Source of the DNA: Gemmatimonadaceae bacterium
GTDB lineage: Bacteria > Gemmatimonadota > Gemmatimonadetes > Gemmatimonadales > Gemmatimonadaceae
Length of the DNA: 32,000 nucleotides
Reading direction: 5' to 3'
Assembly (NCBI GenBank): GCA_051859245.1
Contig: JBHYGA010000005.1
Coordinates: forward strand, 814,953-846,952
In this document: one piece after another, positions 19,610 to 27,219 of the stretch
Layout of the letters: every line of letters begins with the position of its first letter
How positions within the stretch are numbered: the first letter of the stretch is position 1
The notes under the pieces: model-generated
Seen by the model: only the letters and a program-made list of their open reading frames with translations
The model's database searches: none
Told to the model about the DNA's origin: nothing
Position numbers and translations under genes: made by a program

Positions 19610-20656
19610 ATGTACACCACCTGTATCTTTTGTCACGCAGCGCTCGGCGCCAACGACGTTATTGAACAGTTCCCTGTTGGCCGTCGCATCGCATTCGACG
19701 CCGATCAGGGTCGCCTGTGGGTCGTGTGTCCCAAGTGTGAACGCTGGAATCTCTCGCCGTTTGAAACACGCTGGGAAGCGATAGAAGAAGCGGAGCGTCA
19801 ATACCGAAATACACGCCGCCGTGTCGCCACCGACAACATTGCCCTCGCGCGTCTGCCTGAGGGACTAGAGCTCGTGCGCATCGGTCGACCGCTCAGACCA
19901 GAGTTTGCGGCGTGGCGATACGGTGATCAGTTCGGACGTCGACGGCGGCGCCTCTTGGGCTATGGCTTGGGAGGGGCGGCATTGGCGGCGGTGGGTGTCG
20001 TCGCCGTCGGACCGGCCGTTGCGGTTGGCGCGGGATTGGGTTTTCTCCCCTCGCTCGTCAACCTCGGCAATACGCTCCTCCATTATTCCCGTCCCGTTGC
20101 GCGTATGCATGACCGCAACGGTGACGTACTCGGACTCACTCGAAACAATCTTGTGCATGCGGAGCTGAGTGTTTTCAGTGAAAACGCGGTCGCGCTCACT
20201 TTCGACCATCGTCGCTTCGCGCGCGACGGTGCACTATCCTCGAGGTTGGGCGTAGCCGGGAAAGGACGCGCCGAGCTACACGGCGACGAGGCACTCCGCG
20301 CGCTCGCCAGTCTGTTGCCCGCGCTTAATCGAAGTGGCGGAAGCGATCGATCCGTAGCACGAGCGGTACACGCAGTAGAAGCGGCGGGGTCAATCGGCAC
20401 GTTGCTACAGCACGCGTCCAATTCTGATCGCCGGTCTCCGCTCAGCGTGGCCGCATGGTCAAGTGGGAGTACGCATCGTCATGCGCTGATCACGTACACC
20501 ACACCCATGCGCCTCGCGCTCGAAATGGCGCTACACGAAGACGATGAACGCCGCGCGATGGCCGGTGAACTCGGCGCGCTCTACGCCCGGTGGGAAGAAG
20601 CCGAGCGTGTGGCCAGGATTGCAGATGGCGAGCTGACGTCACTGCCGAACGCTTAG
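19610..20656 (+). CDS. Uncharacterised zinc-ribbon / hydrophobic-segment protein, paralog 1 of 4
   Basis: Starts MYTTCIFC, 4 nt after the mutase stop. It is co-linear with the three tandem copies: CxxC-x31-CxxC, RWEAIEE, LVRIGRPLxPEFAAWRYG, a Gly/Ala-rich hydrophobic stretch and C-terminal ALEMALHEDDERRAMAGELGALYARWEEAE. The upstream part of the listed ORF (19523-19609) overlaps the mutase gene. Confidence 0.8.
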   Translation: MYTTCIFCHAALGANDVIEQFPVGRRIAFDADQGRLWVVCPKCERWNLSPFETRWEAIEEAERQYRNTRRRVATDNIALARLPEGLELVRIGRPLRPEFAAWRYGDQFGRRRRRLLGYGLGGAALAAVGVVAVGPAVAVGAGLGFLPSLVNLGNTLLHYSRPVARMHDRNGDVLGLTRNNLVHAELSVFSENAVALTFDHRRFARDGALSSRLGVAGKGRAELHGDEALRALASLLPALNRSGGSDRSVARAVHAVEAAGSIGTLLQHASNSDRRSPLSVAAWSSGSTHRHALITYTTPMRLALEMALHEDDERRAMAGELGALYARWEEAERVARIADGELTSLPNA

Positions 20657-20718
20657 TCAGAGCAATGGACTGATCGGTCCATCAGGCGTGGTGGGCGAGG
20701 CCGACTAGTATTCTCGCC

Positions 20719-23076
20719 ATGCGTCTCCTGTTGCTCTGTCTGCTGCTCGTCACATCGGCCCCGCTCGCTCTGGCGCAGCGTGGCGACTCGCGCGTCTATC
20801 ACGCGCGCGACGGCAACACTGCCGTGGCCCTGAGCGCGCCGGTTGATGCCACCATTGTTATCGATGGCAAGCTCGATGAGCCGGTGTGGAGCAGTGCGGC
20901 CAGACTCACGGGCTTTTCCATGTACCGGCCGGTGGATCAGCAGGCCGCGCCGGATTCCACCGAGATTCTTGTCTGGTATTCATCGGCCGCGCTTCACATT
21001 GGCGTGCGTGCGTTTGAAACGCATGGCGCGGTGCGGGCAACGCTGGCAGATCGCGATCGTGTCGCCAGCGATGATCACGTGGAGATTCATCTCGACACCT
21101 TCGATGAGCGTCGACGCGCGTTTGTCTTTATGGTGAACGCACTCGGCATTCAGGCCGACGGCACAAAAGCCGAAGGTGGTGGATTCATTCCCGGCTCGAA
21201 CGTGGCACCTGGTCAGAATGATCTGAGTCCGGACTTTCAGTGGCAGTCGCGCGGTGAGGTCACCGACTACGGCTATGAAGTGGAGCTGCGCATTCCGTTC
21301 AGCAGCCTGCGATTTCCCGAAGGCGGGCCGCAGCGTTGGGGCTTTCAGGTCATTCGCCACGTGCAACACAGCGGCTACCAGCAAACGTGGACACCCGCGC
21401 GGCAGGGCGCCGCGTCATTCGTTGGGCAGGCCGGTTCGCTCGAAGGTCTGCGCGACATGCGACATGGTCTCGATGTGACGCTGAATCCGGAGCTGACCAC
21501 CAGCGTGGCTGGTGTGCCGGCAGTGGCTGGTTCCGGCGACGCATGGCAATACACCAACACGCCGCGCATTGGTGGCAACATTCGCGCTGGCCTCGGCAGC
21601 AACTTCGTGCTTAACGGCGCCATCCGACCGGATTTTTCGCAGGTGGAAGCAGACGCGTTGCAGGTGGCCGCCGATCCACGCTTCGCGCTCTTTTATCCCG
21701 AACGCCGTCCCTTCTTCGTGGAAGGTTCGGATCAGTTCAACGTGCCCAATACGCTGGTGTACACGCGTCGCATTGTGCAGCCGGATGCAGCGCTCAAACT
21801 CACGGGCAGGGTAGGGCGCGGCAATATTTCGTTGCTCTCTGCGATTGAGGCCCCGGTCGCCGGCAGCAATGACAGTCGACCCATCGCAAACATTGTACGC
21901 CTCACACGCGATTTTGACGAGCAATCGCAAGCTGGTCTGTTGTACAGCGAGCGTGTTGGCGGAGGTTCAGCGAATCGTGTCATTGGCGCAGACGTGCGAC
22001 ATGTGTTCGGAGGCCTGTATTTCTTGCAGCTGCAGGCCGCAACGGCAATCACGCGAGCTGCGGCGCGCACGCGCAACGGTTCGCTATGGGAAGCCACGGT
22101 CGATCGCACCGGACGTTCGTGGGGGTTCAATTACAAGCTGCTCGGCATTCAGCCCGACTTTCGTGCCGACAACGGCTTTGTCGCGCGCACGGGTTATGTG
22201 CAACCCGCGCTGAATAACCGCATCACGATTTTCGGCACACCTGGTAAGCTGTTCGAACGTTACAACGTGTTTATTGGCACCTCGGGGTTGTGGCGCTACG
22301 ATGACTTCTTCGCAAGTCGGCGTGTGCTCGAAACACGCTTTAGCGCGAACAATCAGGTCACCTTTCGCAAAGGCTGGTCGGTATCGTTCACGCCTTCGTA
22401 CTCCGGCTACGCGTTTGATCCGGCTGCATTTGCCAATCTCGGCACGGGCAATGGCACGGCAACGCCCGACGCATTCGTGCCGGCGCGCCAACTCAATGCC
22501 ACCAGCTTTGCCTTCTCTGTATCAACACCGCAGTTCCGCCGCTTCTTCGCATCGGCTGGGGTGACACAAGCACGCGATGTGGATTTCGCCGAAACCACGC
22601 CGGTCGACCGCACGGCCGTGACCGCCGAGCTCACGTTGCGTCCCACGGAGCGTTTGCGCGCGAACGCAACCTACGCGAGCAACGAGTTCGTGCGCACGGC
22701 CGACGGTCTCTCAAGCTTCTCCACGCGCATTCCGCGACTGCGTGTGGAGTATCAGCTCTCGCGCTTTGTGTTTGTACGCGTGGTGTCGCAGTATGAAGCC
22801 AATCGACGCGAGCCGTTGCGCGACTATCGCACGGGACTCGCGCTGCTGGAGCGACAGTCTGACGGTACGTACGTGCCGTCCGTGCGTCGCAGCAGCAACG
22901 TACTGCGCACAGACTGGCTGTTCTCCTTTCGCCCGAGGCCAGGAACCACGCTGTTTGCGGGCTACGGGAGCAGTCTCACCGAACCAGATGCGTTGGCGTT
23001 CAGTTCGCTGCGGCGCGCGAGCGACGGCATTTTCATTAAGGCGAGCCTGTTCTTGCAGCGAAAGGCGTTTCAGTAA
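20719..23076 (+). CDS. Secreted CBM9-like / DUF5916-type protein, probable outer-membrane beta-barrel
   Basis: Signal peptide MRLLLLCLLLVTSAPLALAQ. The N-terminal block IDGKLDEPVWSSAARLTGF ... DDHVEIHLDTFDERRRAFVFMVNALGIQADG matches the carbohydrate-binding-family-9-like domain that precedes DUF5916. A long region of alternating beta-strand character follows. Confidence 0.65.
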   Translation: MRLLLLCLLLVTSAPLALAQRGDSRVYHARDGNTAVALSAPVDATIVIDGKLDEPVWSSAARLTGFSMYRPVDQQAAPDSTEILVWYSSAALHIGVRAFETHGAVRATLADRDRVASDDHVEIHLDTFDERRRAFVFMVNALGIQADGTKAEGGGFIPGSNVAPGQNDLSPDFQWQSRGEVTDYGYEVELRIPFSSLRFPEGGPQRWGFQVIRHVQHSGYQQTWTPARQGAASFVGQAGSLEGLRDMRHGLDVTLNPELTTSVAGVPAVAGSGDAWQYTNTPRIGGNIRAGLGSNFVLNGAIRPDFSQVEADALQVAADPRFALFYPERRPFFVEGSDQFNVPNTLVYTRRIVQPDAALKLTGRVGRGNISLLSAIEAPVAGSNDSRPIANIVRLTRDFDEQSQAGLLYSERVGGGSANRVIGADVRHVFGGLYFLQLQAATAITRAAARTRNGSLWEATVDRTGRSWGFNYKLLGIQPDFRADNGFVARTGYVQPALNNRITIFGTPGKLFERYNVFIGTSGLWRYDDFFASRRVLETRFSANNQVTFRKGWSVSFTPSYSGYAFDPAAFANLGTGNGTATPDAFVPARQLNATSFAFSVSTPQFRRFFASAGVTQARDVDFAETTPVDRTAVTAELTLRPTERLRANATYASNEFVRTADGLSSFSTRIPRLRVEYQLSRFVFVRVVSQYEANRREPLRDYRTGLALLERQSDGTYVPSVRRSSNVLRTDWLFSFRPRPGTTLFAGYGSSLTEPDALAFSSLRRASDGIFIKASLFLQRKAFQ

Positions 23077-23105
23077 AGCAAGTCAGTGTGTGCTACGCAC
23101 GAAGT

Positions 23106-23963
23106 CTACTTGGCGATCACGCGCCGCTTCATATCGTAACGAGTGCCGGGGCCGAGTTTCACGAACGGCGCTGCTGCTGTCGGTTTGCTCCGATCGTGCA
23201 CCGCCACATCGGCCTTGCCCAGCACTTCAAACGTGTCGCCCTGCACCACGATGGCGGTGCTTTCTGACAATCCGATCCCAATGTATTCGGGGAACTTGTC
23301 CATCACCGGAATCAGATCGTTCCAGCGATTGCGCGCGTCAACGTGCTGGTCAATGGCGGACTTGCGCAGAAAATCGAATGCATCCTGATGCTCCGGTTCC
23401 GGCGCCATCATGATCTGCGGTCCGGCCACCGCACCGCGCACCAGATACGTGCCCTGAATCGTGGCGCCCGCCGAGCTGCCACCGATCACGCCGCCGCGCG
23501 TGAGTACACGGTGAAATGCATGATACGATTTCGTGCCCGCGTACGAGTCCGCAATGTTCCACTGTCGCCCGCCATTAAACCACACGCCTTTGGCGTCGAG
23601 CAGCAGCGAGCTGAACGAATCGGTATCGGCAATCTTTCGGTCATGCGTGTGCAGCATGTGCACGTTGGTGAGACCGCGTGCTTTCCACGACGCGAGCACG
23701 CGCGTTGCGTCGTAGGGAATAAGCGTGCCGTCTGGCCGCGCATTGCCGCCGGCCGTAGGAACGATCACGATCTTTGCATGCGGTCCGCCGGCGAGCTCCA
23801 CAAAACGTTCGATAATGCCGGTGCCGTCCAGCTGTCCGCCCCCCGCAATCACCAGACTTCCGTTCGCTGGGCCGTGAACTGGCGCGTCTTGCGCCGGCAG
23901 TCGCACGCCGAGCAGTAGCAATCCTGTCATCAGTGGGTGCAGCAGTCGTTGCAGGCGTGACAT
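23106..23963 (-). CDS. Secreted peptidase S51 family (cyanophycinase-like)
   Basis: The Met at 23963 gives a signal-like N-terminus MSRLQRLLHPLMTGLLLLGVRLPAQ. The sequence then reads SLVIAGGG and includes the nucleophile motif GGSSAGA typical of cyanophycinase / dipeptidase E-like enzymes. The upstream part of the listed ORF (to 24131) overlaps the divergent paralog gene. Confidence 0.7.
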   Translation of the reverse strand: MSRLQRLLHPLMTGLLLLGVRLPAQDAPVHGPANGSLVIAGGGQLDGTGIIERFVELAGGPHAKIVIVPTAGGNARPDGTLIPYDATRVLASWKARGLTNVHMLHTHDRKIADTDSFSSLLLDAKGVWFNGGRQWNIADSYAGTKSYHAFHRVLTRGGVIGGSSAGATIQGTYLVRGAVAGPQIMMAPEPEHQDAFDFLRKSAIDQHVDARNRWNDLIPVMDKFPEYIGIGLSESTAIVVQGDTFEVLGKADVAVHDRSKPTAAAPFVKLGPGTRYDMKRRVIAK

Positions 23964-24087
23964 GCAGTCGCTCGGAGATGCGGTGTGGGTTATGGTCGGG
24001 CTCGCTCTCAATGATGGCGTGACGGCACCGTGACGTCCAGCGATGTGGGCTCTTGTTCTGATCGTGCCTGCGCACGAAGTTGCCACG

Positions 24088-25113
24088 GTGTTTGCGACCT
24101 GCCTCTTCTGCCACAGTTCGCTCGGCGCCAATCAGAGCATCGAGCACTTCCCGGTGGGCAAACGTCTCGCGTTCGATGCGGAGCGGGGCCGGCTCTGGGC
24201 CGTGTGTCTGCGATGTGGGCGGTGGAACCTGTCGCCGCTTGAGGAACGATGGGAGGCGATTGAGGAGTGCGAGCGCGCGTATCGCGGCACCACGCAGCGC
24301 GTGTCGACGGACAACATCGCGTTGGCCCGCCTCAAGGATGGCACCGATTTGGTGCGCATCGGGCGTCCGTTGTTGCCGGAGTTCGCGGCGTGGCGGTACG
24401 GAGATCAGCTGGGGGTGCGGCGTAAACGGCATAACGCCATCGCAACAATTGGCGGCATCTCAAGCTTAGGGCACTTCGGTTTGGTAGGGTTGATGGCAGC
24501 AGATGTCGTCACCGGCGCGGGTTTCTCAATGCTTTCCATCGGCATCAACACCGTGTCGATAGCGGCGGGGAAAAAGCAGGATCGTCCGGTAACGCACGTG
24601 GCCGTGCCCGGTGTCGCACGCCTGCCCATGCGTGCGATTGAGTCTTACGACACAACGGTATCGTTCGACAATGACCGGCAGATGCGGCTCCACGTGACAC
24701 TCCGCGTACCCCGGGCTCGGCTGCGTTTCTTCAGTGCGAAACAGCGTTTCACGCTCACGGGGGACGCGGCACGCAAGGGCCTGAGCAGCGCGATTGTTGG
24801 CGTGAACCATCGAGGAGCAAAGAACGCAGAAGTGAAGGCCGCGGTCGCGGAAGCAGAGCGTTCCACAACGGCGCAGACGTTGCTCGATCGTTTCGCGGAG
24901 AACGCCCGCAACAGCTCGGAGTTCTACCCCGGCGTTCTCGCTCACAAGCCCCCCGAACAACGCTTCGCCCTCGAAATGTTGCTCCACGAAGAAGACGAAC
25001 GTCGCGCCATGGCGGGCGAACTCGGCGACCTCTACGCGCGTTGGCAAGACGCCGAGCGCATCGCTAACATCGCTGACGCCGAGCTTACACCACTGCCGAG
25101 CAACGAGTCGTAA
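24088..25113 (+). CDS. Uncharacterised zinc-ribbon / hydrophobic-segment protein, paralog 2 of 4 (first of tandem trio)
   Basis: The GTG at 24088 gives VFATCLFC, aligned with the first residues of the other three copies. The ATG at 24043 adds 15 residues that no paralog has. It shows the same N- and C-terminal conserved modules and ends with TAA at 25111-25113. Confidence 0.8.
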   Translation: MFATCLFCHSSLGANQSIEHFPVGKRLAFDAERGRLWAVCLRCGRWNLSPLEERWEAIEECERAYRGTTQRVSTDNIALARLKDGTDLVRIGRPLLPEFAAWRYGDQLGVRRKRHNAIATIGGISSLGHFGLVGLMAADVVTGAGFSMLSIGINTVSIAAGKKQDRPVTHVAVPGVARLPMRAIESYDTTVSFDNDRQMRLHVTLRVPRARLRFFSAKQRFTLTGDAARKGLSSAIVGVNHRGAKNAEVKAAVAEAERSTTAQTLLDRFAENARNSSEFYPGVLAHKPPEQRFALEMLLHEEDERRAMAGELGDLYARWQDAERIANIADAELTPLPSNES

Positions 25114-25116
25114 CGC

Positions 25117-26130
25117 GTGTTCGCCACCTGTTTGTTCTGTCTGAAGTCGCTCGGTGCAAACCAGCGCATCGAGCACTTCCCGATCGGCCGTCGTCTCGCG
25201 TTCGATGCGGAACGCGGTCGACTCTGGGCCGTGTGCACGAAGTGTGGCCGCTGGAATCTCACGCCACTCGAGGAACGGTGGGAAGCGATTGAGGAGTGTG
25301 AGCGGGCGTATCGCGCTGAGCGTCGTCGTGTGTCGACCGATCACATTGGTCTCGCGCGACTAAACGAGGGTACGGATCTTGTGCGTATCGGCCAACCGTT
25401 GCTGCCAGAGTTCGCGGCGTGGCGCTACGGTGAGCAACTGCGCAGCAGGCGAAAACGCTGGCTTTGGACCACGGCACTCGTGGCGGGCGCACCAGTGGCG
25501 ATTCTCGCACTGCAAGGATTCGCCCTCTACCATTGGCTGGGCGTAGGCGCGTTGACCTTGGGTGGCGCGCAGATTGGCCAGAGCGTGTCTACGTTGATCG
25601 AAGCGCGTCGTCCTATCGGCAAGATCAGGCTGCCAGATGGAACGGTGGAGCCCATGATGGCGCGACACCTCGACGCGTCAGTGATCAACGTGAGCCCCGA
25701 AGGCGACGTCAACGCTGAGATTCACTATCGCGAGCGCAGTCGCCTCGGGCCACTCACCGCGATCGATCGGGTGTTGCGAGTGAGTGGGCCTGAGGCACGA
25801 CCAGTGCTTCGTGATGTGATGCCCGTGTTCAACGGCGCCGGCGGAAGCCGCCTTGAGGTGCATGAAGCAGTGCAGACCGTGCAGCACGTGGGCGACGAAC
25901 TCACACTGCTCAAGCGCTACGGCGCGCATCGGCTCAATCCAGAACGCCGGAGTGGTGCCCTCAGCACATCGCGCTTCTACCTGGCCCTTGAAATGCTGCT
26001 CCACGAAGAAGACGAGCGCCGCGCCATGGCCGGCGAACTCGGAGAACTCTACGCGCGCTGGGAAGACGCCGAACGCATTGCCAAGATCGCGGACGGAGAG
26101 CTCACGGTACTCGCGAACAGCGAGACATAA
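25117..26130 (+). CDS. Uncharacterised zinc-ribbon / hydrophobic-segment protein, paralog 3 of 4
   Basis: GTG start 3 nt after the previous stop (TAACGCGTG). N-terminus MFATCLFCLKSLGANQRIEHFPIGRRLAFDAERGRLWAVCTKCGRWNL. C-terminus ALEMLLHEEDERRAMAGELGELYARWEDAERIAKIADGELT. Confidence 0.85.
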   Translation: MFATCLFCLKSLGANQRIEHFPIGRRLAFDAERGRLWAVCTKCGRWNLTPLEERWEAIEECERAYRAERRRVSTDHIGLARLNEGTDLVRIGQPLLPEFAAWRYGEQLRSRRKRWLWTTALVAGAPVAILALQGFALYHWLGVGALTLGGAQIGQSVSTLIEARRPIGKIRLPDGTVEPMMARHLDASVINVSPEGDVNAEIHYRERSRLGPLTAIDRVLRVSGPEARPVLRDVMPVFNGAGGSRLEVHEAVQTVQHVGDELTLLKRYGAHRLNPERRSGALSTSRFYLALEMLLHEEDERRAMAGELGELYARWEDAERIAKIADGELTVLANSET

Positions 26131-26133
26131 CGC

Positions 26134-27156
26134 GTGTTCGCAACCTGTCTTTTTTGCCTCAAACCGCTCGGTGCCAACCAGCGCATCGAACATTTTCCGA
26201 TCGGGCGTCGCCTGGCATTCGATGCCGACCGTGGTCGTCTCTGGGCGGTGTGCACACACTGCGGACGCTGGAACCTCACACCGCTCGAAGAACGGTGGGA
26301 AGCCATTGAGGAATGTGAACGTGCGTATCGCGACGAACGTCGTCGCGTGTCAACGGATCACATTGGCCTCGCGCGTTTGAACGACGGCACGGACCTGGTG
26401 CGCATTGGTCAACCGTTGCTGCCGGAGTTCGCGGCGTGGCGGTATGGCGAACAGTTGCGCCGTCGGGGCAAAAAGTTCGCAGCGAAGTTCGCGCTCGTGA
26501 GCGCCGCGCCGGTGGCACTCGCCGCTGGGTCACTGCTGGCGGGGAGACACTGGTTCGGCGTTGGCATGGCTTCGATCAGCGCGGTGCAGCTGACACAACT
26601 TGCCACCTCCTTCTATCAAGCTTCGCGCCCTGTTGGCCGTATCAAACTTGCCGACGGCACGCTTCAGCCGGTGAACATGCGACAAGTCGCCGCCTCCGTC
26701 ATCAGCGCGACACCAGAAGGCGAGATCGACGCGAAAATTCACTTTGGTACGCGCGGCCGAACGAGTGCGTTCAAGGCGAACGATCGCGTCCTGCATGTGA
26801 GCGGGCCTGAGGCTCGGCCGGTTTTGCGCGACGTGATTCACCTCTTCAACTATGCCGGCGCGAGTCGCCTCTCAGCGCACGAGGCGGTGCAAACCGTGCA
26901 GGAAGTGGGCGACGAACTCTCGCTGATCAAACGCTACAGCGCGCACCGAGTACGGCCCGAGCGAGGACGGGGCGCGATCCACAATGGCAGTTTCTACCTC
27001 GCCCTCGAAATGCTCCTCCACGAAGAAGACGAACGCCGCGCCATGGCCGGCGAGCTCGGCGAACTCTATGCCCGCTGGGAAGACGCCGAGCGCATCGCCA
27101 AAATCGTGGATGGCGAGCTCACGCCGCTGGGCACCAGCCCGGCCGCTCGCAGTTGA
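26134..27156 (+). CDS. Uncharacterised zinc-ribbon / hydrophobic-segment protein, paralog 4 of 4
   Basis: It has the identical junction TAACGCGTG and a GTG start. It is co-linear with paralog 3 along the whole length and is its closest relative. Differences in the conserved ends are overwhelmingly synonymous. Confidence 0.85.
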   Translation: MFATCLFCLKPLGANQRIEHFPIGRRLAFDADRGRLWAVCTHCGRWNLTPLEERWEAIEECERAYRDERRRVSTDHIGLARLNDGTDLVRIGQPLLPEFAAWRYGEQLRRRGKKFAAKFALVSAAPVALAAGSLLAGRHWFGVGMASISAVQLTQLATSFYQASRPVGRIKLADGTLQPVNMRQVAASVISATPEGEIDAKIHFGTRGRTSAFKANDRVLHVSGPEARPVLRDVIHLFNYAGASRLSAHEAVQTVQEVGDELSLIKRYSAHRVRPERGRGAIHNGSFYLALEMLLHEEDERRAMAGELGELYARWEDAERIAKIVDGELTPLGTSPAARS

Positions 27157-27185
27157 ACCGCAGCCCGTGATTGGGTACGTTTCTG

Positions 27186-27205
27186 GGTTGTAGTCTGACT
27201 CAACC
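27186..27205. promoter_or_regulatory. Near-perfect 20-bp inverted repeat in the intergenic region between the paralog array and the FmdB-like gene
   Basis: GGTTG(T)AGTC-t-GACTCAACC, 30 nt after the paralog-4 stop and 15 nt before the ATG at 27220. It could be an operator-type palindrome or a short hairpin. No U-tract follows. Confidence 0.25.
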
Positions 27206-27219
27206 TAAGTAGTGAAACG

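Larger units (their letters stand above)
24088..27156 (+). repeat. Gene-scale tandem array, three units with periods of 1029, 1017 and 1023 bp
   Basis: Unit starts fall at 24088, 25117 and 26134, and the last unit ends at 27156. Each unit is one complete ORF. The ends of units are alignable at DNA level and the centres mostly only at protein level. Confidence 0.85.

Noticed and set aside
20665-20682. Short hairpin (ATGGAC-tgatcg-GTCCAT) after paralog 1
   Set aside because: It has only a 6-bp stem and no following T-tract, so it is too weak to call a terminator.
24043-24087. ATG at 24043 as the start of paralog 2
   Set aside because: The other three paralogs all begin 3-4 residues before the first CxxC. 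The GTG at 24088 reproduces that N-terminus (VFATCLFC), whereas the 15 extra residues have no counterpart.
24526-25344. Minus-strand ORFs spanning the paralog junctions (24526-25344, 25678-26259, 23641-24432, 19508-19801) that resemble each other, e.g. EVLDALV..ER
   Set aside because: Their mutual similarity is just the mirror image of the conserved N-terminal module on the plus strand. The synonymous/replacement pattern between copies fits the plus-strand frame only.
24088-27156. Tandem ~1 kb repeats as a mobile element, IS array or CRISPR-like locus
   Set aside because: There is no transposase or integrase, no terminal inverted repeats and no short direct repeat/spacer structure. Each unit is one intact ORF under purifying selection.
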